DNA from: Gekko japonicus
Lineage: Eukaryota
Assembly (NCBI RefSeq): GCF_001447785.1
Contig: NW_015174352.1
Coordinates: forward strand, 62,001-126,000
Direction: 5' to 3'
Length of the DNA stretch: 64,000 nt
Positions 11,290 to 24,271 of this stretch are shown here, in pieces. The notes under the pieces are model-generated. The model saw only the letters and a list, made by a program, of their open reading frames with translations. It ran no database searches and had not been told where the DNA came from. The stretch's first letter is position 1. Each line of letters opens with the position of its first letter. Both the position numbers and the translations under genes were made by a program.

Positions 11290-12790
11290 CTTCAGAAGGC
11301 TTTGCTGAGAAGAATGGAGAAGTTACAGTGGAATATAGCAAGAGAGGTTGTCATGCAGGTATGTGGGTCCAATGCCTTCAAATGCTTTGTAGCATGCAGC
11401 TAGCTACTTGAATTGAACCCAGGAACTGACTCATAACCAATGGAGTACCTGCAGAAAGGGAGTGATACGTAGACTCTGCTTAGCACCCAAGAATGGCATT
11501 TGATACCAACTGTAGTCTCCTAGTTGTAAGTGCAGACCCATGTAGAGTGTATTACAGTAGTCCAGCTTTGAGATAACCATTGCATGGATCCATGTGGCCA
11601 TGTCAACTGAGCCAAGGTAGGGAGCCATCTTCTGAGCTAAGTGGAGTTGGTTGAATACCTTTTTTGCAGATGCATCAGATTGCTTCTCCGGCAATAAAAC
11701 TAGATCAAGTGTCGTCCCGAGGCTCTAAACTAAGGCCCCTGCCACACAGCATGGGAAAACTCGCTCAAAGTGCGGCTTCTAAAAGCCGCACCAAAGTTGA
11801 GATGCCGCGGCTGGATCCCACGGATCCCCTGAGCCGCGGCGCCTTTTCTCCCCGGCACGATCAGATGCCGGGGAGAAAGCTACGGTGGGAAGGGGAGGCT
11901 GGCGAACTGCACATGCTCACACATGCACAGTTCAGCCAGGGGCCGGGGATGCGCCGGCGCAAGGATGCGCCGGCGATCCCATGGCCGGGCTTGGGGCGCA
12001 CTTCTCGGACGAACCACCAAGGTAGGTGGTTCTGTTTTGGTGTGGGGTTTTGGGTGGAAGGGGCGGATCGGGGACGCAAGCAGCACGATTCCCAGATGTT
12101 GCTGTGGGATCGTGCACGTTTGCTGCGTCCCCGTTCCGTCCCTCTACCCTCTACCCAAAACCTCTTGTGTGACCGGGGCCTAAGTCAGCAAGAGTCAGCT
12201 GGATCCCATCAAAACTAGGAAGCACCGTGTCCTTCAGGACTTTGGCCTTCCCAACCAACATTATTTCTGACTTGTCAGGATTCAGTTTCCGCTTATTTAC
12301 CTTTAAGCATTCAATTACAGTTTTCAGATTTTGGTTCAGAATCACTACCACGTCACCAGGTGATTTGGATAGAGAAATGTAAAGTTGAATGTTATCAGTA
12401 TATTGATGCACCCTTTTCTAAAACCATGAATGATTTCTCTTAAGGGCTTTATATAAAGATTGAAAAGCATGGGGCACAGGACTGAGCCTTGGGGAAGCTC
12501 CCAAGACAGGTCCTACACTGTTCCCAACACCAACCTCCTGAGTCCTGCCCTTAATATGATACGAACCAATCTAAAGCATCTGCTTGAATCCCTACTTGCA
12601 CAACCAAATGTTTCAATAAGAAGGGATGGTCCGTGGTACTAAAGGCTGTTGATGAGTCTAGTAATAGTAGCAGAGAAGCATTGTCTTTGTCTGCATTTAG
12701 ACAGAGGCCATCCACTAGGACCACCAATGCCGTCTCCGCCCCATAGCCCAGCCTGAAACCAGAGTGAAAAGTCTGGAGCAATTATTTATC
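11290..12790 (-). mobile_element. Decayed L2 LINE interrupted by a MITE
   Basis: HSGFRLGYGAETAL, HQYTDNIQLY and SKLDYCNTLY fragments. Confidence 0.8.
11734..12180. mobile_element. PIF/Harbinger-like MITE
   Basis: TIRs GGCCCCTGCCACAC.../...GTGTGACCGGGGCC; 3-bp TAA TSD at 11731-11733 and 12181-12183; CpG-rich palindromic body. Confidence 0.8.
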
Positions 12791-14544
12791 CAGAGAGACT
12801 TTCCAAAAAAACCTGGAAGCACACCTTACTATTATATTTTGATTGGACTGCAGCAATTCCGTAGAGCACAAGTGAATTGGAATTTTTCGGGTGCCGAAGT
12901 CAAGAGGAAGTGCACAGCACCGTGACATTGTTCTTTAGTCCACAGGGGTTTCCACTGGGCATGTGCGTGCAAATATTAACCAATCAAAAACTGAATGGAA
13001 AATACCCTGTTTTAAAATATTATGCCAGACTCTGGCTGGTATTCTGACACGTGGCTGGCTGACTTCAAGGAAGGTGGGGGGGGGGGGGGGACATGCAACT
13101 AAGAAAGATGTTTACTGCTCAGCAGGATTATCTTCTTGCCACTAACAAAGACTGCAGAAGGCTAGATGGACCAGAAGTTTTACTCAGTATACATCAGTTT
13201 CTTAGGGCCAGGGAGCACCACAGAAAGGTCTGGGACATAGCAGCCTCCTCCTTCCTCCAGTCCAAGTCAACTTGTACAATCCACATTCTGCAAACAGTCC
13301 ACAAATAGGCTCTTATACCCCCCCCCCCACTACCCTACTGTCACCAACCCCATTTCACCTTGCGAGGACAGCATTTACTTACCTGCCCCAGACAAAGTAC
13401 TGGTTGTGGGTAGACTGCTACAAACAGAAGCCTGACAATACCCCAAAGGGCCAAGCCAGTCACTTAAATAAGTTAGAAACTTGCTGGAGGAATGCACAGA
13501 CCTAAAGACTAACAGTCTGTATCCTAGCAACCAGCACATAGCAACCTGCTCAGACAACACACTGGCTTCCAACAATTGGAACAGGAGGTTCACATTCATA
13601 GATGGTGCAGAGGCCTTGAAAGGGATGGAGTGGCACGCAGCATACCTACCAAACCTGTAACATGTCATCTCAATAGGTGCTGTGTATCGGGATTCCAACA
13701 GTGGCTCTGAGGCCTTGGGGGTAGGGCACAGAGAAGGTTATGTGCCGTCATCATATCAAATCTAAATAGATCTCACACTGGCTCATTTCACCTCTACACA
13801 CTGCCTGAACAAGAGGAGACAGAACAAATGAAAGTTTTCAGCATTTGCTACATTCAGAAAGCAACACCGAGAATCTGCATTGAGTGGGAAGAAAGGAACA
13901 CAAGCCGATTATGCGCTTTCCACAGCTGCACAATGATTTTGAAGTTTGGAATTTGTTTTCTGATCAAGAACCCCTCCAAGTTCTACCTTTATGTTTTGTC
14001 ATTGATGTTGAACAGCTGCTGTTCTTAACCAAAAATATCATGGATTGTTTCTGGCTTAATCTCTTGGCTAAACATGCCAAAACGGGAGATCCAGAATAGA
14101 ATAGCCTTGGAGAAGGGCAAGAAACAAAGATTATAAGATTAGAAACCATCTAATCGATATGAGTACTATGTGCTGAGGTTCAGGTGCAGAAGCAGCTGAG
14201 AATGGCAAGAACGTCCACCTTAACAGAAGCAGAGACATAGCTCAACGAGGGGCTGTATTGGCTGAGGGTAAACATGTTCATATGTATGCAAAACTTGTAG
14301 TTACTGTTTTTGAATAGACTTTGTTAAGATAAAAAGTAGCAAGAATGAACTAACAGATGTTATATATTTTGAGAAAATATTCATGTACAGATAACTTTGT
14401 ATGGTGTTTGAAGTTATAATTGATCAGCCAAGAATGTGCATCATCAAATGGGACTGCCAGCTATTGTTCGGGCAGGATTTCAAAAAACCTATATATTGGG
14501 GGAGCTGAACTGATTGGGAGCTTCTTCTTAGAAGGGGCTCCTTG

Positions 14545-15935
14545 CTTGTGACCTTATTTACTTATTGGATTTTTATTCCGCCCTCCCCAAGCAGGCTCAG
14601 GGCAGATCACAACAAACAGAGTCAAAGACTCATTACAATACAATTAAAGGTAAAGGTTCCCTTGCTCGAAAGCCAGTCAAATCCGACTCTAGGGTTGCGG
14701 TGCTCATCTCCGTTTCAAAGCCGAAGAGCCAGCGCTGTCCGAAGACGTTTCTGTGGTCATGTGGCCGGCATGACTAAACACCAAGGCGCACGGAACGCTG
14801 TTACCTTCCCACCGAAGTGGTACCTATTTATCTACTTGCAATTTCTTGCTTTCGAACTGCTAGGGTGGCAGGAGCTGGAACTAGAGACGGGAGCTCACTC
14901 CGTCATGCGGCACCCGGGTCTTGAACCGCTGAACTACTGACCTTCCATAGCCTGCAGTTCAGCGTCTTAACCACTTGAGCCACCGCAGCTCCCTACAATA
15001 CAATTACATTACATTAAAATCATTAAAACAGTAAAAGTCAGAGGTAGCAGCAAATTACGTAAAAGACTGTTAGGGCTATATAGGTAGAATCAGAACATTT
15101 CAGTAGATTGGGAACTAAAGCAGGGAGGCCAACTCAGATGGACGGTCACTGCCTCCCCCGAAGGCCTAGCAGAACAGCTCCATTTGACAGGCCCTGAGGA
15201 ACATTAAAAGGTCCCACAAGGCCCTGATCTCCAGTGGGGCCGGGGCTAGGGCCAGGGCAGAAGAAGCCCTGGCCCTGGTCAAGGTTAGGAGGATGTCCTT
15301 TGGGCCAGGGATAACCAGTAAGTGTTGATCCCGTGAGCGCAAGGCTCTACAAGGGACATATGGGGAGAGGCGGTCCTTCAGATATGTCGATCTCAGGCTG
15401 CGTAAGGCTTTAAAGGCTAATACCAGCACCTTGAAGCGGATCTGGTACTCAATTGGTAGCCAGCACAAGTGCCACAATATCAGCTGAATGCGTGCCCGCA
15501 CAAGTGATGCCATCAGCAGGTATGCCGCTGCATTCTGTACTACCTGGAGTTTCCGGATCAGTCTCAAGGGCAAGACTGAGTAAAGTGAGTTACAGTAATC
15601 AAGCCTGGAAGTGACCATTGCATGGGTCACTGTAGCCAAATACTGGGGTGAGTGGCAGGGGGCCAATTGACCTGATCTGCCGATGACGGAAAAAGGCAGA
15701 CCTGGCAACTGCAGTGAGGCATCCAGGATCCCCCCCCCCCCCGACTTCTCACCTTCTGGGCTGGCGCAAGTGGCACACCCTCCAGGGGGGGTAGCCTGAT
15801 GCCCACCTCAACCCCCTCCCCGACTCAGGTACAGGACCACCGTCTTTGTTGTTTTAAATTTCAACCGACTCTGCCACATTGTATGGCCTACAATACCCCG
15901 GTCAGATTCTCTATGGTGGAGGCTGGGCAGCCGTC
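14545..15935 (-). mobile_element. Decayed L2 LINE 3' part
   Basis: SRLDYCNSLY..QVVQNAAAYLL..WLPIEYQIRFK ORF at 15166-15708; tail near 14555. Confidence 0.85.
14647..14993 (-). mobile_element. Sauria SINE, full length
   Basis: (ACCTTT)n tail, Sauria core, tRNA head; 13-bp TSD TACAATACAATTA at 14634-14646 and 14994-15006. Confidence 0.92.
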
Positions 15936-16106
15936 GAATAACACATAGGTAAGATCCTTTTATGGGCATGTAATTGCTTTCTTTTTATTATCTATGTAGC
16001 AGTAATGGATGGTGTAATTTTCTTTTGAGTTAGTCAACATTAAAGATGCAAAATAGCTATGTTGTAATAAATGATAAAATGGAAGCAAAGGTTCTCCAAT
16101 AGCATT

Positions 16107-16690
16107 ATATTTATTTGATTTTTAGTTGCTGCCTACCCAAAGAGTCTCACAGGAACTTACAACATTAAAATAATATAAGGTAAAAACTACATAAAACAAA
16201 TAACAGATATAAAATATTAACATTAAAATGTTAAACTATTAAAATATGCAGCTAGCACCATACCACAAATAAAAACCCAAACATGTGGATTACCCTCCAA
16301 AGGCCAACCTAAACAGCTCAGCTTTGCCTGCCCTGCAGATACTAAGCAAGTCCGGCAGGGCACGGGCATCATCTGAGAGGGCCTTCCACAGGGTAGGGGC
16401 CACTACCAAGAAAGCCCTTCCCACTGGTGGCAGCTAACTGAGCCATCCTGGGGCCAGGCACCTGCCAGAGGCCCCTAGACAATGACCGAAGGGAGAGCGG
16501 GGGGTTGTAATGGGAGTGGTGGTCCTGTAAGTATGAGGGTCCCAGACCATTATGGGCTTTAAAGGTTAACACCAACACCTTGAATTGGATCTGGAGAGAA
16601 ATTAGTAGCCAGTGGAGCTGCCACAGAACTGGAGTAATATGAGCTGACCACGATGTTCTGGTCAGCAACCCATAACGAACCAGAAACATT
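16107..16690 (-). mobile_element. L2 LINE 3' fragment
   Basis: HITPVLWQLHWL..QIQFKVLVLTFKA..GLGPSYL plus (TAAA) tail. Confidence 0.82.
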
Positions 16691-16820
16691 GTTGAGGTGC
16701 ATCTCCTGCCACGAATTAAATTATGATATAGAAAAGCTATTTAGACACCTAAGGTTTCTTAAGTGCTTGCCTATGTCTGAATCAGGTCTGACCAGAGTGA
16801 TCCTAAACAGTCTGCAGAAT

Positions 16821-17035
16821 TAGGGCTGCCAACCTCCAGGTGGTGTCTGGAGATCTCATGGGGTTACAACTGACCCCCAGGCAACAGGGATCCGTTCCCC
16901 TGGAGAAAAAGGGCCACTTTGGAAGGTGGACTCTGTGGCATAACAACTGATTGAAGCCCTTCCCCTTCCCACCCCCCAACCTCCTTAGGCTCCCAAAATC
17001 CCCAAATATTTCCCAACCCAGAGCTGGCAACCCTG
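16821..17035 (+). mobile_element. hAT (Blackjack-like) MITE, intact
   Basis: TAGGGCTGCCA...TGGCAACCCTG TIRs; perfect 8-bp TSD TGCAGAAT at 16813-16820 and 17036-17043. Confidence 0.9.
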
Positions 17036-17555
17036 TGCAGAATATGTGCTTGTAAAATCTCAACAACCAAAGTGGGATTGATCAGAATTTGCAGCAGGTC
17101 AGAACCACAAGGTCCAAGGCGCCGTCATTTCTGGGCTCTCTTAGACAACAGGGTAGCTGTTATGAGGGCAAAAAAGGGGGAGGGGATAACAATGTTGTAA
17201 GATGCTTTTGGTCCTGACTGAGGAAAATGGAGTATAAATACCAATTTTTTCTATAGCTAGGTTAAAACACTCAACGAAATATGTATACATTATACGATTT
17301 TGCACTCAAGCTATAGAATTTGGCACAGATTCTGCGTGATGACCTTTTGGCACAGAGCATAAACAACCCTGAAATTGCCATGAAGATTTTAAGCCACAAT
17401 AGGCCTCTGCAAATTGTACATCAACTCAGATTAATCTTTATGTAAACCCTTCGGTACTAAGCAATCAGCACTTCATCAGTTTATAATGACACCATGTGGT
17501 AGTTTCAAGGTAATGCAAAACACAAGCCTGAATTAGCTCAAAAAAGTGTAGCTTT

Positions 17556-17560
<5 letters not shown>

Positions 17561-17609
<49 letters not shown>
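17561..17609 (+). repeat. (AG)n microsatellite
   Basis: About 24 perfect AG units. Confidence 0.98.
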
Positions 17610-17611
<2 letters not shown>

Positions 17612-18344
17612 CTATATTTCAGAGCGCTACACAGCTACACTTGAAAAATATATTTATTTACTTAACTTATGAATCGCCCACAATGCAAGCAGGGTCTGGG
17701 TGATTTACAGCCTTAAAAACATTTAAGATACAATATAAATAAGACTATCACAGTAGATCAATAAATTAAACCAATCTAGGATGGCGACATATACTAATCA
17801 CCCTTTGCCAGCTATGCAGCTGCCCTGTGCAGCAGGGCAGGGAAGGGCATGTGTGGGCCATAGGAGAAAAGGAAAGGGTGCCGCCGTCAACTAAAAGATA
17901 ATTCTTAAACAATTCTTGTTATTTAAATATACTATTCAAAACAACTGGTACACAGACAAGTTAAGAACTTGAAGGAAACTTTACAATCCCAGAAAAAACT
18001 TCACTGTTCCAAAATGGAGAAAAGGCTTCTCAGTTCCAAACAGGATAAACAGAAATGTCCATGAAGCAAGTGAATCCGGTCCTTAAGACTTGAGGCAAAC
18101 ACTAAATGATGAGCTGCAGTCGACCCATTCTCCAGATTTTCAATGGGTCATCGATCTAAGCATGCAAAGACACCAACACCTTGAAATGGATCCGGTACTC
18201 AATAGGCAGCCAGTGCAGTTCGCGCAGCACCGAGTGGAGGTGGGCCCGCACAGGCAGCGACATCAGGACCCATGCGGCTGCGTTCTGCAACAGCTGCAGT
18301 TCCCAGAGCACAATCAAGGGCAGCCTTGTTTTTTATTATTATTA

Positions 18345-18876
18345 TCTATATATCTAATAGCCAAGTTGCCCCCTGAGTGCGGATCGCTAAATCAGCGCTC
18401 CAGGGGCACTTGGGGGGGAGGGGGAGGTTTGTGCACACGTGGGCCAGTCCCAACGTGTGCACAAAAATCGAAAAAGTTGAGAAAAAATTCGGGGGGATGT
18501 TTAAATCCCCCCGAAAGTGACAGAGCGTCCCCTGCGCATGCGCAGGGAACGCTCTGTAGCTGGTCGCGCCTCCTCCTCCTCCTCAAAGCCGGACTGGTGG
18601 GGGGAACCGGCCTTGCCGCCGCCGCCGAGCCCAGCAAAGGGGGGGGGGAGGACCAGCCTNNNNNNNNNNNNNNNNNNNNNNNNNNNNNNNNNNNNNNNNN
18701 NNNNNNNNNNNNNNNNNNNNNGGCCTCGCCGCCGAGCCCGGGTCAGAGCCGGGCGGGGTGGGGGGTGGAGGACCGGCCTCACCGCCGCCGCAGCAGCCTC
18801 GGGGAGATTGAGGGGGGGGGATGGAGGAGATGGAGCTCTTCTCCCCCCCCCGCGAGTATCGCGGGTCCCCCTCTTG
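18345..18876 (+). mobile_element. Non-autonomous Helitron (contains an assembly gap)
   Basis: A|TCTATATATCTAA start; subterminal hairpin CCCGCGA-GTA-TCGCGGG (18849-18865), then CTTG|T, a variant of the CTRR end. Confidence 0.75.
18660..18721. other. Assembly gap
   Basis: Run of N. Confidence 1.
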
Positions 18877-20441
18877 TTATTATTATTTGTCTTTATTTTT
18901 ATTGCTTTTCTACAAACACTATAGGAAGGGGAAAATAGGGGGATTACGAAGACTAACAAATTAAACTACGAAATAAAGCAAGGATCATAAACATACAAAC
19001 ATAATCATTTGTCATTCCTACAGATTAGATGTAAGAAAGAAAAGAAAGTATAAAATGTTACTGTTTGATTTCTTACCATAATAAAGCTATTTTAAGCCTA
19101 TTTTGGAGAACATTATAGCCTATAATTTTTAACATTTGAGCTTTCAGTATTCCCAAATGTTACAAAAAAATTGTTATTTTCTCCTGTGCTTGTTTTTATC
19201 ATAAAACAGCTTCAACTTAAGAGTTTTAGGCGCTGCTGCCTCTCCTTCTTCAGAGTCAGACTCTTCTGGAGAGCTACCAGAACCGCTTAAGTTGTCATCA
19301 GACTCGTGGGCACTTTTGGCTTCTTCTTGTGTGTTGTCTTCTGCTGTTCCTTTGTCTTTTGTTGCTCTTCTTTGTTGATCCAGAAAAGACTGCTTTCTGA
19401 GCAGAGTCAATCTTAATCTTTTTATCGCTATATGTGAACGAAGTCCTTCTGGAAACAACCATCTGAAGGGGATGGAATTATCATGTAAAAAATTGCCGTT
19501 TCCTTTTTCTTATTTCAAATGGGATGTCCTTCAAAACTTTCGCTTCTTTGCCTTTGATTTTCAAAGGGTTTCCAGTTGTCACTTCAAGATTACATCTCTT
19601 GTAGACCTTTTGGAGAATTTAACAAATATTTCACCAGGAAGTTTATTTTTCTCGATAAAATCCAGATAGGTTCGATAAACCAAGTCCATATTGCTTTGTA
19701 GTATATCCGCTTTAAAATCTATCACTGGTGCCAACGCTTCACTTAATATTTCTTTTAGATTCTTCCCTTTCTGTTTTGGGACCCCTTGAAAACAGGACAT
19801 ACATTGATTTCTCCATTTGAAGCTGTAATAACTGCTCTTTTTCGGAGATCCGTTCTTTTTCCACTTCTTCCAGTTGCTGTTTGATATGATCCGCCTTAGC
19901 ATCCACTTAATTACTTTGTCCATTTCATCTGCTCTCTTATCCATTCCCACCAATTGTTTCTGGAAACAGTCATTATTGACGTTAGACCTCTGGTCCAGCA
20001 GAGGGCACAATGCCGCTGCCATCATAGTAGGGAAGTCAGCAGCTGCTTCCGGAGTTGAAGCCGCAGAATGGGCAGGTCCAGGAGAAGGTCTTTTCCTCCA
20101 CACCATTTTCTCTGCTCTTCCCAACATGTTTACACGAGATAAGACTCATTTGAACAAGCTGAAAGTTCATCAATTTCAGAGCGCTTTGGGCTACTTTCCA
20201 CCCTATTTGTTTTATTTAAAGATCTCTTGCTGCTGTCATTGGTTTGCCTCCAAACCACCGCACATGAACCGCTGTTCTTCATGGGGGGGGGGGAATCCCC
20301 TCCTCCCCCTCTATGTTTGGTTGGGGGTAAGTCCGTTTCTCCGATTTTTGGCTCACACAGCTTAGAGGGGCTTGCTTTACTCACAGGCCAATCAGTCCGC
20401 TTTTCAGGCTGCAGGAAAATTGTTGTGTCACTTGATCCAGA

Positions 20442-20706
20442 GAGCCAGACTGGTGTAGTGGTTAAGTGCGTGGACTTTAATCTGATAAGAGCTTTTTTTT
20501 GAAAAAGAGCAGTTTCTGTCAGAGTTCTCTCAGCCCCACCTACCTCACAGGGTGTATGTTGTGGGGAGGGGAAGGGAAAGGAGTTTGTAAGCCGCTCTGA
20601 GACTCCCTTGGGTAGTGAAGGGTGGGGTATAAATCCAATCTCTTCTTCTCTTCACAGATACCCTTGGGTAATGAAGGGCAGGGTATAAATCCAATATCTT
20701 CTTCTT
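20442..20706 (+). mobile_element. Squam3-type SINE (internally deleted, duplicated tail)
   Basis: Same head, core and tail as 9258-9544. Confidence 0.85.
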
Positions 20707-21194
20707 GATCACTTGCCCGCTTCGTCTGGTATGCACCTCAAAATCGCCATATTGGCCTCGCGGCGGCAGGACCTTCCTCAGCCATCACCTTGGAAGAGGC
20801 ACCCCTCACACCCCAGGCTAGGAGCCCCCTACAAGGGCTCCGGAGGGACTCGAAATCATCCGAGCTCCTTCCCGTCCGCTGTGATCCAGGGCGCCCACAT
20901 CAGAGCTAAATGGGGCATGCCTGGTCCAAGAGTCATCAAAACCGGAAGTCCGGCAGCCTTATTGTTGTTGTTTGGCAGAGTTCGATCAGGTCCTCCCTAG
21001 GGCTGGGGATCGCCAACAAGTTGTTATTAGACAATCTCAGTGTTCTTCTGGGGGCATATTGGAGGAGATGGTCCCAAACGTATGTGGGTCCCTGACCACT
21101 CAAATAGCAGAACACTTTACTATTATTTCAAAGGTTTCATTAGGGTATACCTGTGCAATGTAAGCATTATGGAAATCAGTTTGATTTAAAGTTG

Positions 21195-21400
21195 CGTTTT
21201 TATTTATATCCTGCCTCTCTTCCCAATGGGGGACCCAAAGCTACCTACATCATTGTTTATTTTATCCTCACAGCACCCCTTTGAGGTAGGTTAGGCTGTG
21301 AGAATGCAGCTGACCCAAGGCCACCCTGCAAGCTTCCATGGCAGAATAAGGATTCAGACTTGGACTTTCCAGATCCTAGTTTGACATAACCACTACACCA
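21195..21400 (-). mobile_element. Older Squam3-like SINE
   Basis: Reverse tRNA head (ACCACTACACC) and TGAGGTAGGTTAGGCTG core. Confidence 0.7.
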
Positions 21401-22349
21401 TGCTATATATATGACTACTGAAGTCATGTGCAACCTAGACCAATTTCCAACTTTTTTTAAAAAAATACATGATTCCCAGCAACTGACTGGGCATGTTTGT
21501 AAGAGAGGAACGAAGATGGGCGCAAGTCACACATATTTGTTGAAAATTCTTTGCTCAACTGAACTTTTTAAACAGGATAAAGTTAATGGGCTGGACCCAT
21601 CAATGGAAGGTTCTGACAGGTGCAGATCTCATTTCCTTGCACTCAGCAGTCCTTTTTGACCCCAGGGAGGTGCCATGATGATGGGGCAAAATTGCCCTCT
21701 CCTCCCTCTGCCAACAGCATAGCTGTGCTGATGAGAAGAGGAAGACAGGGTGATTCTCCCCATTCCTCCTCTTCATAGGCCAACCGACCAGCATAAGGAG
21801 TAATTCTTTGGGTCATGTGACCTACATGGATGAACTGTATCCAGAATGGAAGGGGGGAACAAGGAAAGTATTCACAGTCCTTGCACCCATAGATCATTGG
21901 ATCAGATGTAATTAGTAATACTAACAATACAGGGGAGAGCAAATGGGGTATGCAACAGTCACTCATTAGGCAAATGCTGGGACTTTTATAAACAAAAACA
22001 CTAAAAAAAAGATTAAAATCTTTTAATATCCTTTGAAATTGCACTTAGTTTTTTCAGACTTTAACACTCAAATCACAGTTCTGAGAGGTTTCTCCCCCCA
22101 CTCATTAGAATGAAGGATGCTCAGCTGAGCCTGGACACAGAAAGGTTATACTGGAACACATTTTATAGTCTTGAAGATACCAGTGGACTCCTGTTGTAAC
22201 AAAGGTGCCCATCTGGCACATTTATTTAATAAAACATCAGTGGCACTTTCTGGTGAATTCTTCCACAGGCTATGGTGTATTCACCCTGGACCAAGGAGAT
22301 TTCAATAACCATGGACAAATCTCAGATGTTCCGCTCTTGAGCAAGGTGA

Positions 22350-22740
22350 CTGAACAGGGAGTATCTAGCCAACTTTAAGTATTCCCTAGATGAAGCAGAT
22401 TTTAGGATTCTTTCCAATCCAGTTTCAGGCCTAGGTATAGGACTGAAGCAGCTTTTGTCATGCTGGTGGATGACCTGTGCCAAGATATGGACAGAGGGAG
22501 TGCAAGTCAGTTGATTCTCCTGGATCTCTCTGTGGCTGTTCACACAATTGATCATGGCATCCTTCTGGACTGGGAGGCATCATTTTGTGGTGGTTCCAGT
22601 TCAACCTGATGAATAATTTCAAAAGGTGGTGCTCCATCTTGACTTCTATGCTGTTCAGCATCTACATGAAACCACTGGGTGAGGTCATGTGGAAATTCAG
22701 GCTGGGTTGTCACCAATATGTGGACGACACCCAACTCTAC
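22350..22740 (+). mobile_element. Decayed L2 RT fragment
   Basis: QSSFRPRYRTEAA.. and HQYVDDTQLY motifs. Confidence 0.75.
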
Positions 22741-23255
22741 CCTGAACCAGCTACAATTTACAATTTTTGTAAATTAATAGTAATTTATCTGAGCCAGAAT
22801 TTTATCTACGAATACAATTTTCTACTACAATGACTACTATATAAGACTTCTATAAACACAAGATTCTGTAGTCGGGTATTTGGATTGCGGGGGGGGGGGG
22901 GAGTCTATTGTATAATATTAAACCCTGTCCAAGGATCGAGCAACCTAACACTTCAGTTAAAATTATCAATAAATTAACAGCAGAATTCCTAAATGAATAA
23001 CCCTGCTGTTAGATGGCACTTCGTAGGCCAGAAACCAAAGTGCCTACAGATCTTCTCAGTGACTCTCCTCTTCAGGAAAAAAGGGCTCAAGCTCTATTAC
23101 AGGAGGAAAACATGACTCCATTGGCTATTCTTCAACTGGAAAATTTACAGCATGAAATATTTACAGAGAGGTACAAACTCCAACATTTATGGTTCTACAA
23201 AGCCCATCTACAATCAGAAGAATGCCACACAAGTTCAGTATGGAGCTTTAAACAG

Positions 23256-23365
23256 TTACTCCAAGTCTGGTTGTTGCAGCCTTTGCTCTCTGTTCTTGTT
23301 TCTGGTGAACTCCCTAAGCATCTCCATGACTTCATTCTGAAAGACTTCTGGAACTGGCTTTGCTT
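23256..23365 (-). CDS. SDHAF2: SDHAF2 exon 4 (last coding exon, ends at TAA)
   Basis: AAG acceptor (NAGNAG tandem). Translates (E)[35 protein letters not shown], against human [43 protein letters not shown]. Confidence 0.95.
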
Positions 23366-24271
23366 CTTTGGAGAGAAAGAGAGAGAGAAACATAGCATTA
23401 ATAACTGTACTGCTATTGTCTGAAGATCATGTACAAATCCAATAAATTTTCCAAAGCCCAGTTAGGCTACTCACATAAAATAAATTGATCCCTAGATGGC
23501 AAACAGCAACAACAAAAAAGGCCTTGTTTTACCAACTGTAACAAATGAAAATCATTTTTATGATATGAAAATTATGGACCTTGGAGTTTCTTAGCAACCT
23601 TATACTGTACAAAGTATCATCATAACTTACACAGCAGTTGTACAGCCTACTCCCATGAATGCTGATCAAGGGTAAGTCCTGCTCACTTCAAAGAAGCAGA
23701 CTCCCAAGTAAGTACAAATACAAATAAGTACAAATACAAGTGGAGTCTTAAAGCACAGATTACATTACAATTATACACTTACTGGGCCTAGAAAAACACA
23801 CCAACTTTCTAAGTAACCACATCAAATGTTAAGTCCCTTCTGACCCTAGGAAGATCTACATGGAGATGTGGCTGCATGGGCTGGAGCAAGGCTGCACGTG
23901 CAGAAGATGGAGGAGCAAATTCACCCCTTGACCTTTCAAACTCCAGCCCCCTCCTCCATGCAGCTATTCTTCCACTAAGCTCTTGAGGTCATAAACTCAC
24001 CCTGGGTCTATAAGTTCTTATATGTCTGTTGCATGCTTGTCTGTGTGTAAAGCGTGTTCCTTTTTGTTGTGCCACCACCCTAAGTAAAAATCCAGCCTCC
24101 CACATTATCAGTGACTTGGGAAACACTGGTAAAGGCTGCCTCTAAGCAAGTACAAAGGGCAGAGTTTTCCAATTACTTCAACCCATCCCATGGTGGGGGG
24201 ATCTAAGGCACGCATGAGGAACAGATGGATCACAGTCTGCTTTCCTAAACAGGAAACATTTTTACTACTAC

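Larger units (their letters stand above)
18328..20951 (-). mobile_element. Full-length ORF1-only L1-like ('half-L1') element with a nested Helitron and SINE
   Basis: 5' end GGACTTCCGG at 20951, CpG-rich 5'UTR, frameshifted L1 ORF1 (coiled coil, FQGVPK, IFVKFSKRSTRDVIL, IPFRWLFPEGL, acidic C-terminus) at about 20127-19174, then a short 3'UTR and A-rich tail with no ORF2. TSD GGCAGCCTT at 18319-18327 and 20952-20960. Confidence 0.82.

Noticed and set aside
20713-20951. CpG-rich patch with an ETS motif (CCGGAAGT) as the SAXO4 promoter
   Set aside because: It is the 5'UTR and start of the half-L1 element; the TSD follows immediately.
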